Below are positions 18,578-26,501 of a stretch of 28,474 bases of DNA, in pieces; positions within the stretch are counted from its first letter, which is position 1, and each line of letters begins with the position of its first letter. The translations under genes were made by a program, and so were the position numbers. The stretch is from positions 1-28,474 of IMG/VR virus record IMGVR_UViG_3300020044_005107. One strand, 5' to 3'. This stretch comes from a virus. Lineage: Duplodnaviria > Caudoviricetes. The notes below the pieces were generated by a model. That model had not been told where the DNA came from. It saw only the letters and a program-made list of their open reading frames with translations, and did not search any database.

Positions 18578-18741
18578 TACTTTTTGCCTTTCTTACTGAC
18601 AGCCATGTTGTCAACAAGGTTTGGATACGGACGACCTGCGGCTTTTGCACGAGCCTTTGCTTCTGACTTTTGTTCAGGAGTCAGTTTGTCTGATTTCTTT
18701 TTAGGGTTGGGTTTATCCCATACTTCTTTTTTAGATGCCAT
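18577..18741 (-). CDS. Small very basic protein, 54 aa (MASKKEVWDKPNPKKKSDKLTPEQKSEAKARAKAAGRPYPNLVDNMAVSKKGKK), not in the ORF track
   Basis: ATG at 18741; its TAA (18579-18577) overlaps the next ATG. Preceded by TAAACT-N6 leaderless geometry. Confidence 0.8.
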   Translation of the reverse strand: MASKKEVWDKPNPKKKSDKLTPEQKSEAKARAKAAGRPYPNLVDNMAVSKKGKK

Positions 18742-18753
18742 GGAATAAGTTTA
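18739..18753 (-). promoter_or_regulatory. Putative -10 box for a leaderless transcript (TAAACT-N6-ATG)
   Basis: The - strand reads TAAACT TATTCC ATG with no SD; same spacing as at 531-545. Confidence 0.55.
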
Positions 18754-18756
18754 GCG

Positions 18757-18847
18757 GTTGGGAGGAGGACCGTTAACACGGGTGGGGGAGAAAGGAGGGA
18801 AAGCCCCCACTCTGTCGTCCTGAGGAGGTCGTCCCCCTCCCAACACT
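18757..18847 (-). ncRNA. Putative structured small RNA with an anti-Shine-Dalgarno loop
   Basis: 14-bp closing stem (18844-18831 with 18770-18757, one G-U on the - strand). Inner hairpin GUGGGGG/CCCCCAC with loop CUUUCCCUCCUUUCU. It starts just downstream of a predicted promoter. Confidence 0.6.
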
Positions 18848-18853
18848 CTAAGC

Positions 18854-18882
18854 ACTATAGCACCCGATCAGGAAGGTGCCAA
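18854..18882 (-). promoter_or_regulatory. Sigma70/SigA-type promoter TTGGCA-N17-TATAGT with extended -10 TG
   Basis: On the - strand, -35 at 18882-18877, a 17-nt spacer ending TGC, and -10 at 18859-18854. Predicted start about 18847. Confidence 0.7.
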
Positions 18883-18936
18883 AGTGGCTAGCGAGAGTGT
18901 AGCATTGCGACCCTAGATAACAACCTGAGGAGCAAT

Positions 18937-19422
18937 ATGGCACGAAACAATAAGTTGAGCGGACCCTTTTTACCTGTCCCGAGATGGGTGCTTCCGTACA
19001 TCGCTACGGACTACATCTCACACGCAGTACTGAACCACATGCTTCAGTACCTACACCCAGATACCCAAGAACTGACAACCTCCTACCAGCACATTGCTGA
19101 CCAGTTGGGGTGCGACCGCAGAACAGTAATCCGCTCTATGAAGCGCCTAGAAGAGATCGGTCTGATCGTCAAACAGCACCGTGTGACCCGCAGTAACAAG
19201 AACCTGACAAACCGCTATTACGTCAACTTTAACAACCCACTAGTGTCACACGAGTCACCCCTAGTAGTGTCTGTGGAGACACTAGGTAGTGTCACGGGTG
19301 ACACCACTAGTAGTGTCACGGGTGACACCCAATCAAGAGTAAATAACAAGAGTAAAAATAACAAGAAGAGGAAAAATCCAACAAAAGTAGATCCAAGGTT
19401 GATGGATGAAAAATCAATCTGA
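18937..19422 (+). CDS. Replication initiator protein, winged HTH (lambda O/RepA-like organisation)
   Basis: SYQHIADQLGCDRRTVIRSMKRLEEIGLIVK...NRYYV winged HTH; GAGGAG SD; internal iterons; upstream of DnaC-like and DnaB genes. Confidence 0.85.
   Translation: MARNNKLSGPFLPVPRWVLPYIATDYISHAVLNHMLQYLHPDTQELTTSYQHIADQLGCDRRTVIRSMKRLEEIGLIVKQHRVTRSNKNLTNRYYVNFNNPLVSHESPLVVSVETLGSVTGDTTSSVTGDTQSRVNNKSKNNKKRKNPTKVDPRLMDEKSI
19241..19380. repeat. Iteron array plus A-rich tract: probable replication origin
   Basis: Four units starting TAGTGTC at 19241, 19265, 19287 and 19311 (consensus TAGTGTCACGGGTGACAC; units 2-4 palindromic), followed by an A-rich tract with CAAGAGTAAA(AA)TAA repeats. Confidence 0.8.
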
Positions 19423-19807
19423 CGACTGGGGCGTTGGTTTAGGCGAAGACCTTGACAAAAAAGAACTTGCCCCTAAACAGACTAAGCAAGACTCCCGAGG
19501 AAGTTTGGTGTACTTCTTCCGTGACAACCTGCCCGCCGAAACGCTAGAGAGAATCACCGCCCCAGTAAATGGCCCCGCCCTAATGAAAGGTTTTAAGAAA
19601 CTTTCCGATAAAGGGTTTTCAAACGAACAAATTCGTGGCATGATCTTGGCATTCGTTAAGGACATATCACGAAGGGCATTACCAGTAGACGTAGCGCCAT
19701 GGAGGGCGTTCTTAGCAAATTTAGATAAATATGCAAAGGAGATGCATGTCAAAGAAAATGATCAGCCAACCTCAGTCTCAATTGACCCAAGACTTACCGA
19801 AGAGTAA
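19406..19807 (+). CDS. Hypothetical protein in the replication initiation cluster
   Basis: 133-aa ORF overlapping the end of the initiator gene; predicted helical; ends SIDPRLTEE. Confidence 0.75.
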   Translation: MKNQSDDWGVGLGEDLDKKELAPKQTKQDSRGSLVYFFRDNLPAETLERITAPVNGPALMKGFKKLSDKGFSNEQIRGMILAFVKDISRRALPVDVAPWRAFLANLDKYAKEMHVKENDQPTSVSIDPRLTEE

Positions 19808-19919
19808 AGCGTTTATACACTGCATTTGCTGTGATCTTTACTTCATAGATCCAGTGTCCTTTTTAGACCACCGTTGTGCGGTATCATCAATACCCCCTCA
19901 CAAAATGGATGACAAATGA
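19731..19919 (+). CDS. Small zinc-finger-like protein; start uncertain
   Basis: C-x2-C-x12-H-x-C pattern (CICCDLYFIDPVSFLDHRC). It fills the 19808-19915 gap and its TGA overlaps the next ATG. Confidence 0.5.
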   Translation: MQRRCMSKKMISQPQSQLTQDLPKSKAFIHCICCDLYFIDPVSFLDHRCAVSSIPPHKMDDK

Positions 19920-20548
19920 CAGACTGGAAGAGTAATAAGTACTGGCGTAACCGCCCAGTAGAAGAGCGACTGAGGAATTTGCGTGTGCCTCCTCGTTACA
20001 AGAATTGCACGTTCAACAATTATGAAGTTGAACATGGATCAGATCAATTTAAAACCGCTGTTGAAAAGTGGTCAACCAACATTGACAAGCGCATGGAAGA
20101 TGGCATGGGTTTGTACATCTACGGTAAAACAGGTCTTGGTAAAACACACATCGCTGTAGCCGCTTTACGTGACGTTGTTGCGAAACACGAACTTAGTGGT
20201 TTATTTTTATCGTATGACATCTTTACTGAAATGGTCCATGATTCACGAAACAATGACGGCGAACTTCCTGAAATGTACGGTGACCCAAACTTGCTTAAGT
20301 ACATGCGCCGTGTGTATGACATTGTTGTGATTGACAACTTGAACTCCGATCGCCTAACTGAGTACATGGCAAAGACTGTGTCAAATATGATTGAATCTCG
20401 TTACGAGATGCAGTTACCAACTATTTTTACAACAGAGATTATTCCAGACAAACTTTCATCCATATATAGTCCACGAGTGCACTCAATAATTAAACAATCG
20501 TGTTTCATGCTTGGTGTAACTGGCGAAGACTATAGGACGAGGGACTAA
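19916..20548 (+). CDS. dnaC: DnaC/IstB-like AAA+ helicase loader
   Basis: VPPRYKNCTFNNY, Walker A GKTGLGKTH, Walker B IVVIDNL and IESRYEMQLPTIFTT motifs. Confidence 0.9.
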   Translation: MTDWKSNKYWRNRPVEERLRNLRVPPRYKNCTFNNYEVEHGSDQFKTAVEKWSTNIDKRMEDGMGLYIYGKTGLGKTHIAVAALRDVVAKHELSGLFLSYDIFTEMVHDSRNNDGELPEMYGDPNLLKYMRRVYDIVVIDNLNSDRLTEYMAKTVSNMIESRYEMQLPTIFTTEIIPDKLSSIYSPRVHSIIKQSCFMLGVTGEDYRTRD

Positions 20549-20988
20549 TGCTTGGTAATGACATCCAATCATACGATGATGTTGGTTATGGCGTGATTTT
20601 TGAAGAACTCATTGCGTCACCTCCAGAAGGTATTAAAGGAATTGGTAGTTCCCTGTATCAGGCACGTAACAATTGGAACCGAGTACTTAACTTGTGGAAA
20701 GCAAATGACCTTCCATTGAAATCGTTATATGACACAACCAATCGTTTAGGTATTGGTGCTGAGGTGTACACGTTCTTATCAATAGATGCTATTGATGCTG
20801 TAGATAACTGGCTACAACGTAAGGGAATGTCTCTACCTGTTTTGTATTATAAAAACGTGGGAGAACTTGAATACGATTTGCGTTTCAAGAGATCTGTCCG
20901 TACAATCTTCGTTCCACACAAAGAACAGGCAGCAGTGCTTGGTATTCGTGCAACAGTTTCATCACCTACAAGCGCTTGGACTCTCTAA
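20548..20988 (+). CDS. Hypothetical protein (possible degenerate HAD-like fold)
   Basis: 146 aa with TAATG coupling at both ends. The fold guess is weak. Confidence 0.7.
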   Translation: MLGNDIQSYDDVGYGVIFEELIASPPEGIKGIGSSLYQARNNWNRVLNLWKANDLPLKSLYDTTNRLGIGAEVYTFLSIDAIDAVDNWLQRKGMSLPVLYYKNVGELEYDLRFKRSVRTIFVPHKEQAAVLGIRATVSSPTSAWTL

Positions 20989-22244
20989 TGGCATCAACAG
21001 AACATCTGTTAATCAGCAAGGTAATTCAAACCGCTGATCTCAGCGAAGTTATTGATGCGGGTCTACGCCCTGATCACTTCAGTGGTGAATGGTCTGATAT
21101 TTGGTTGTGGGTTCTTGACTACTGGCGTGAGTACAGTGTGGTTCCAACTGCACGTGTATTTAAACAACAGTACGCAGACATTCGTTTGCTTAATGCTGAG
21201 AGCGAACCTTTCCAGGCACTTGTTGATGAAATTTACATTGCTTACAAACATCAGCACTTAGTTAACGCAATTACATCGGCGCTCCCATCTCTAAACAGTA
21301 ATGAAACTGAAGAAGCCTTTAACAAACTTTCGGAAGGTCTACAAAAAGCATCAGTAGAAGTTGCACGCCTCCGAGACATTGACCTCATGGAATCATGGGA
21401 AGGACGGTTAGCAAAATATGAAGAGATGCGTAACACCCCGAACGGTCTTCGTGGAATTCCAACAGGCTTTCTTGGTCTTGATCGGATCACTGCTGGTCTT
21501 CGGCCCCAGCAGTTGGTTACATTCGTTGGTGAAGCGAAAAAGGGTAAATCATTAATGACTTTGATTATGGCTGATGCGGCTCACAACCATGGCATCACGC
21601 CAATGTATGTTTCGTTTGAAATGAGTATTGAAGAACAAGCGGCTCGTTATGACGCCATCATTTCAGGTGTTCCACATACACGCATTATTAGAGGTGACTT
21701 GACAACTCAAGATATGGAACGCATTAGTAAAGCATTGAGTATTCGCAAGAACATGCACCCATTCATCATGACTGAAGACACCCACTCATTGACAACTGTA
21801 AGCGCACTTGCTGGAAAGGTACAACAGCACCGACCACGTCTATTGATTGTTGACGGCGTCTATTTGATGGACGATGAAAATGGAGAACCAAAAGGTTCAC
21901 CTCAAGCATTGACAAATATCACACGCTCTCTTAAGAGGTTGGCACAGCGCTTTGACATCCCTATCATCGGGACTACACAGGTATTGTCGTGGAAACTTGG
22001 AAACAAGAAGTCACGACAAATTACGGCGGAAGCAATTGGTTACACATCATCATTCGCACAGGACTCAGACCTTGTGCTCGGTGTGGAATCAGATCCTGAT
22101 ATTGATAACCAAGCAATCATTCGGGTTATCTTGTCACGATCATCACCTAAGGGTGAGGTCAGGATCAAATGGGATTGGGAAAATATGAACTTCACGGAGG
22201 TGGATGAAAATGAAGATGGCGACACAGACAACTGGTACTACTGA
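20988..22244 (+). CDS. dnaB: DnaB-like replicative helicase
   Basis: GIPTGFLGLDRITAGL, Walker A GEAKKGKS, SFEMS, LIVDGVYLM and QDSDLVL motifs. ATG 20988 is coupled by TAATG. Confidence 0.95.
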   Translation: MASTEHLLISKVIQTADLSEVIDAGLRPDHFSGEWSDIWLWVLDYWREYSVVPTARVFKQQYADIRLLNAESEPFQALVDEIYIAYKHQHLVNAITSALPSLNSNETEEAFNKLSEGLQKASVEVARLRDIDLMESWEGRLAKYEEMRNTPNGLRGIPTGFLGLDRITAGLRPQQLVTFVGEAKKGKSLMTLIMADAAHNHGITPMYVSFEMSIEEQAARYDAIISGVPHTRIIRGDLTTQDMERISKALSIRKNMHPFIMTEDTHSLTTVSALAGKVQQHRPRLLIVDGVYLMDDENGEPKGSPQALTNITRSLKRLAQRFDIPIIGTTQVLSWKLGNKKSRQITAEAIGYTSSFAQDSDLVLGVESDPDIDNQAIIRVILSRSSPKGEVRIKWDWENMNFTEVDENEDGDTDNWYY

Positions 22245-23130
22245 TCTTTCAAGTGTTCTTTTAGAACTTGGCGTAGATGTACGCCGAACTAATGGTCGTG
22301 AAATTTCAGGATGTTGCCCTGTACATGAAAAGCGCACAGGTCGTGCTGACGGTTCGCCATCATGGTCAATGAATGCAGAAAGCGGACTATGGATTTGTCA
22401 TTCATGTGGTGCTCGTGGGACACTCGCTGGTTTGGTTTCAGAACTAACAGGAAATCCTGACAGTATTTCAGCAGTTAACCAATTGTTGATTGAAACAGGT
22501 ATCAATCGTTTAACAGCACCAGAGCGTGTTGAATTCCAACCTGATGTTGATTGGGTTTCGTATAGTCGTTTTTCACCAGTGCCTCACAGAGACTTAATAC
22601 GGCGACATCTTGACGCCGATGTAGCCACAGCACATGGAATTAAATGGAACATGCTTAAAAAAGCATGGGTTATCCCAATTGTCTCCCCACTTGGTGAACT
22701 AATGGGTTGGCAAGAAAAAGGTGATAATTACTTTAATAACAATCCAACAGGTGTAAAAAAGAGCCACACCTTATTTGGTATTGAGCGGTTCCAATCAAGG
22801 ACAGCAGTCCTTGTTGAGTCACCACTGGACGTAGTGAGGTTTGCATCATCATTTGGGGGAGTACAAGCCCTCGCTACGTTCGGTGCGCATGTAAGCAAAG
22901 AACAGATGCAACTAGTTACTGATGTGTCAGAGCGTGTAATTATTGCAATGGATAACGATAAGGCAGGTATTGAGTCTGCAAAGTTCTTACTTAAGAATCT
23001 TCCACGTTTTCGTGACGGTATCTTCTTCTTAGATTATTCTAAGACTGACGCAAAAGATATAGGTGACATGACAGACGAGGAAGTGAACTACGCTGTTACC
23101 CATGCTTCAGTAGTGCCTTGGTGGATGTAA
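22204..23130 (+). CDS. dnaG: DNA primase (CHC2 zinc finger + TOPRIM)
   Basis: CPVH...WICHSCGARG zinc finger; LVESPLD, ATFG and MDNDKAG...KDIGD TOPRIM motifs. Exact start uncertain. Confidence 0.93.
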   Translation: MKMKMATQTTGTTDLSSVLLELGVDVRRTNGREISGCCPVHEKRTGRADGSPSWSMNAESGLWICHSCGARGTLAGLVSELTGNPDSISAVNQLLIETGINRLTAPERVEFQPDVDWVSYSRFSPVPHRDLIRRHLDADVATAHGIKWNMLKKAWVIPIVSPLGELMGWQEKGDNYFNNNPTGVKKSHTLFGIERFQSRTAVLVESPLDVVRFASSFGGVQALATFGAHVSKEQMQLVTDVSERVIIAMDNDKAGIESAKFLLKNLPRFRDGIFFLDYSKTDAKDIGDMTDEEVNYAVTHASVVPWWM

Positions 23131-23339
23131 TGAAGCACATCATCCATGTTCATCAACAGAACATTAAAAAAGGCATTAACGCCATTATTGATAGAACCTA
23201 CAAAGGGTCTACACATCACCGTTCATTAGACATCCAATGCCCAAACTGTGGGACCACATCAGCCACCATTGTTCAATCTGACACACCTGACCGTTGTGGT
23301 GCCCGTGTGTGGATAGAAGCACAAGAGGTTTCTAAATGA
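23130..23339 (+). CDS. Small hypothetical protein with CPNC (MKHIIHVHQQ...CGARVWIE)
   Basis: TAATG coupling at 23130 and ATGA coupling at 23336. Confidence 0.7.
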   Translation: MKHIIHVHQQNIKKGINAIIDRTYKGSTHHRSLDIQCPNCGTTSATIVQSDTPDRCGARVWIEAQEVSK

Positions 23340-24883
23340 CCTTTAACGGCACCCTTTATCCGTTCCAACAGGAAGCCATGGAGCGTATGGTTGACCGTGG
23401 ACAGATGATGCTTGCCATGGTCATGGGTGCTGGTAAGACCCCAACAACACTTGCCGCCATTGAACGTTTGTTTGATGATGGAGAGATTGATCGTGTAGCG
23501 GTAGTGGTTCCCTCATCACTTAAATTTCAGTGGCTTCGTGAAATCAAAAAGTTTACTAACTCAAAAGCAATTGTTATTGACGGTTCTAAAACTGCTCGTG
23601 CACCTTTATGGCGTAGTGCTTTGCGTTGTCGTTATGTCATCGTCAACCCAGAGATGTTAGTGAAAGACGAAAAAGAGTTTCTTTCACTTAAGTTTGATGC
23701 CATGGTTATTGACGAAGCAACTATTATCAAGTCCCCTAGAGCAAAGCGTTCCAAGTTACTCAAACGACTTGGCTCTAAGTGTCACTACCGTTTCGCTCTG
23801 ACAGGTCAACCTATTGAGAACAAACCAGAGGAGTTGTTTTCTATTATGGAGTTTGTAGACAAAGGAGTGCTTGGTCGTTTTGACATCTTTGACCGCACCT
23901 TCATTGTTCGTGACCACTACGGTAAACCAGTTCGCTACAGAAACCTTAAACAACTACAAGACAGTTTGACTGAGTCTATGGTTCGTAAAACACGAGCAGA
24001 TATTGCAGACCAACTGCCTAAAGTTATACATCAGGTAATACCTGTATCTTTTGATAATGCTGGAGCAGTTGCCTACGAAGCAATCGCTAAAGACCTTCTT
24101 AAAGAAATAGCAAACGCCATTGCGACACATGGACGTGGTTTTGATCTTTGGTCGCACTACAACGGCGGAGATGGTGGCGGAGAAGCGCAAGGACAAATTA
24201 TGTCTCGTCTAACTATCTTGCGCATGTTGTGTGATAACCCAGCCCTCGTGTATGACTCGGCTCGTAAATTCCAAGAGACACAAGGAACCGATGGAAGTCA
24301 GTATGCGGACAAGATTATTAAGGCTGGCTGGTTGTCAGGAACTGCTAAAGCACCAAAGATGGCATCAGTGATTGAGTATGTAACAGACATCCTGTCGGGA
24401 GACCCAGATAGTAAAGTTGTTCTCTTTTCATTCTTTAAACAGAACCTACGACTATTGCAAGAGGCTTTTAAACCTCAGACTAATAGTGTTCTTTTTATGG
24501 GTGGTATGACCGCTGAAGAGCGAGACGCCGCCAAACAACAGTTTGCTACCGATCCACATACCCGCATATTCCTGTCCTCAGATGCTGGTGGGTACGGCGT
24601 GGACTTGCCCAATGCCAATTATCTGATCTCATATGACCTGCCATGGAGCGCTGGGAAACTAGATCAGCGAGAGGCTCGCATTATCAGGTTGTCTTCGTTA
24701 CACCCCCATGTTACAGTTGCCTCCTTCGTTATGAAGGGATCAATTGAGGAACGCCAGTACGAAATGCTTCAACAGAAGCGTGGCATCAATGAGGCTTTCA
24801 TTGACGGAAATTACGACAGCCAGGGTAAGTTTGAATTAACAATCGGTACACTGTCTGACTTCATATCAACATCACAACTGTAA
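23336..24883 (+). CDS. SNF2-family (SF2) helicase
   Basis: LYPFQ, MGAGKT, IDEAT, LTGQPIEN, GGYGVDL and QREARIIR motifs. Confidence 0.95.
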   Translation: MTFNGTLYPFQQEAMERMVDRGQMMLAMVMGAGKTPTTLAAIERLFDDGEIDRVAVVVPSSLKFQWLREIKKFTNSKAIVIDGSKTARAPLWRSALRCRYVIVNPEMLVKDEKEFLSLKFDAMVIDEATIIKSPRAKRSKLLKRLGSKCHYRFALTGQPIENKPEELFSIMEFVDKGVLGRFDIFDRTFIVRDHYGKPVRYRNLKQLQDSLTESMVRKTRADIADQLPKVIHQVIPVSFDNAGAVAYEAIAKDLLKEIANAIATHGRGFDLWSHYNGGDGGGEAQGQIMSRLTILRMLCDNPALVYDSARKFQETQGTDGSQYADKIIKAGWLSGTAKAPKMASVIEYVTDILSGDPDSKVVLFSFFKQNLRLLQEAFKPQTNSVLFMGGMTAEERDAAKQQFATDPHTRIFLSSDAGGYGVDLPNANYLISYDLPWSAGKLDQREARIIRLSSLHPHVTVASFVMKGSIEERQYEMLQQKRGINEAFIDGNYDSQGKFELTIGTLSDFISTSQL

Positions 24884-24892
24884 GGAAAAACG

Positions 24893-25327
24893 ATGGCATC
24901 AGTAAAACGAGAAAAACCAACAGAAGAATCAATCATCAAAGACTTTGATGAGGTGCACCTAGAACGCCTTGCCGAAGAGTTTAAGAAGTCCAAAGAGACT
25001 GTTGACATTCTTGAGAAGCGCTTAGGCGACATGAAGAAGCAACTTTCCGAGGCTGTAACTGTATTTGGTTACACAGATGACAAGGGCCATCAGTGGTTGA
25101 AGGTTGGCTCGTTTGAACTGAAACGTGAGCGCCGTATCTCTCGTTCATTGGACGTCACGGCTGTAGAACAGTGGGCACGTTCCAATGGGCACTGGGAAGA
25201 CATCAAGAAAGTTATTGAAGTCGTAGACGAGGACAACCTCGTTAAGTTTGCATGGGAACACAAAGACCATGAAGAAACAATCAGTGCTTTCTATGTTGAA
25301 AAAGAAACGTGGGCATTTAAAGCGTGA
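24893..25327 (+). CDS. Hypothetical coiled-coil protein
   Basis: 144 aa with AAGGA SD; charged heptad N terminus. Confidence 0.75.
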   Translation: MASVKREKPTEESIIKDFDEVHLERLAEEFKKSKETVDILEKRLGDMKKQLSEAVTVFGYTDDKGHQWLKVGSFELKRERRISRSLDVTAVEQWARSNGHWEDIKKVIEVVDEDNLVKFAWEHKDHEETISAFYVEKETWAFKA

Positions 25328-25758
25328 GCGACAAAGCACTTGAAATGTTTGGCGACCTGCCTGACTTTCCAGGTTCCCGTGCGCCTAAGAATCGCCCGTC
25401 TTCTAAAAAACAAGATTCATATTTAAGTGATCGCTTTAACGGCGCTCGCTATAAGGTCTATCGGATCAACGGTGAGGAAGTACAAATGTTCACCATTGGT
25501 CAGTTAGCAGTTGCAGTAAACAGACGTCCTGTGACCATTCGTATGTGGGAGTCACGTGGTTGGATACCAAAAGCCACCTACCGTACCCCAACACCGAAGG
25601 GCATACAGATTCCTAATAAATCTACAAAAGGACGTAGGTTATACAGCAGACCTCAGGTAGAGTTTCTACTTGAAGCAATGCAAACATTCAAACTAGGTAC
25701 TGCGGAAGCAGACTGGAAGAAGTTTGCGGAGCACACATCAAAAAACTATCCGAAATAA
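25324..25758 (+). CDS. MerR-like HTH DNA-binding protein
   Basis: FTIGQLAVAVNRRPVTIRMWESRGWIP...GRRLYS; GTGA overlap start. Confidence 0.85.
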   Translation: MSDKALEMFGDLPDFPGSRAPKNRPSSKKQDSYLSDRFNGARYKVYRINGEEVQMFTIGQLAVAVNRRPVTIRMWESRGWIPKATYRTPTPKGIQIPNKSTKGRRLYSRPQVEFLLEAMQTFKLGTAEADWKKFAEHTSKNYPK

Positions 25759-25775
25759 TCACAGAAAGAAAAACG

Positions 25776-26498
25776 ATGCCATTTACCGACTTTGAAGATG
25801 ACGAGACAGAGTTCCAACCTGTTGTTCGCAAAAAGCCTGCCCAGTCAACTGGGGATGCAGAAATTACCCGCAAGCCACGTCCAGCAGTAACCTTGGATGA
25901 AGATGATGCACCTAAGGTGCGCCGTGTTGTCCGCAGTGGATGGAGTGGTGTTGATTCCGTAAAGACTGGTGACAGTAACTACGCTGTCCGTCTTAAGTTG
26001 TCCGAAGACACTCAGATCATCAAGTTCATTGGTGATGCTCCATACGCTTCGTATGGTCAGCACTGGCTTGAGCGTTCGGGTCAGAAGTCATTTGTTTGCA
26101 TTGGCGAAGATTGCCCACTCTGCAAAGCAGGTAATCGCCCATCCAAGCGCCACAACTTTAACGTTGCACTTCTTACTGAAGGTGAGGAGCCAGCGCTTCG
26201 TTCATTGGAGATTGGTCCACGAGTTATTGACCAGTTGAAGAACTTCCACAACAGCGACCGCACTGGTCCTCTTGACAAGCACTACTGGGCTATCTCACGC
26301 ACAGGTAAGGGCGCAACATCGTCCACCTTGCTTCAGATGGTCAAAGCGGCTGATCTTGAAGAGTGGGGTCTCACTTCATTGACTAGCGCTCAACTCGCTG
26401 AGTTTACCGAAACGGCGTACACCGAAGACATTATTCAGGTGCCGTCTAAGCGTGACTTGGTGCAGATTGCATCAGAAGAACTTGGCTACGACAACTAA
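25776..26498 (+). CDS. Single-stranded DNA-binding protein, T4 gp32-like
   Basis: IIKF...QHW...FVCIGEDCPLC...HNFNV...ISRTGKG pattern; position directly before the polymerase. Confidence 0.7.
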   Translation: MPFTDFEDDETEFQPVVRKKPAQSTGDAEITRKPRPAVTLDEDDAPKVRRVVRSGWSGVDSVKTGDSNYAVRLKLSEDTQIIKFIGDAPYASYGQHWLERSGQKSFVCIGEDCPLCKAGNRPSKRHNFNVALLTEGEEPALRSLEIGPRVIDQLKNFHNSDRTGPLDKHYWAISRTGKGATSSTLLQMVKAADLEEWGLTSLTSAQLAEFTETAYTEDIIQVPSKRDLVQIASEELGYDN

Positions 26499-26501
26499 GC
26501 C

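Noticed and set aside
18765-18835. Hammerhead ribozyme suggested by CTGAGGA and nearby GAAA
   Set aside because: I could not arrange stems I-III so that GAAA follows stem II with a UH cleavage site.
18757-18844. Intrinsic terminator or tRNA as the explanation for the stems
   Set aside because: There is no U-tract after the stems on either strand, the flanking genes diverge, and there is no cloverleaf or T-loop (TTCGA) motif.
19241-19330. CRISPR mini-array
   Set aside because: The units are nearly contiguous with no unique spacers, lie inside a coding frame and have no cas genes nearby. They fit iterons.
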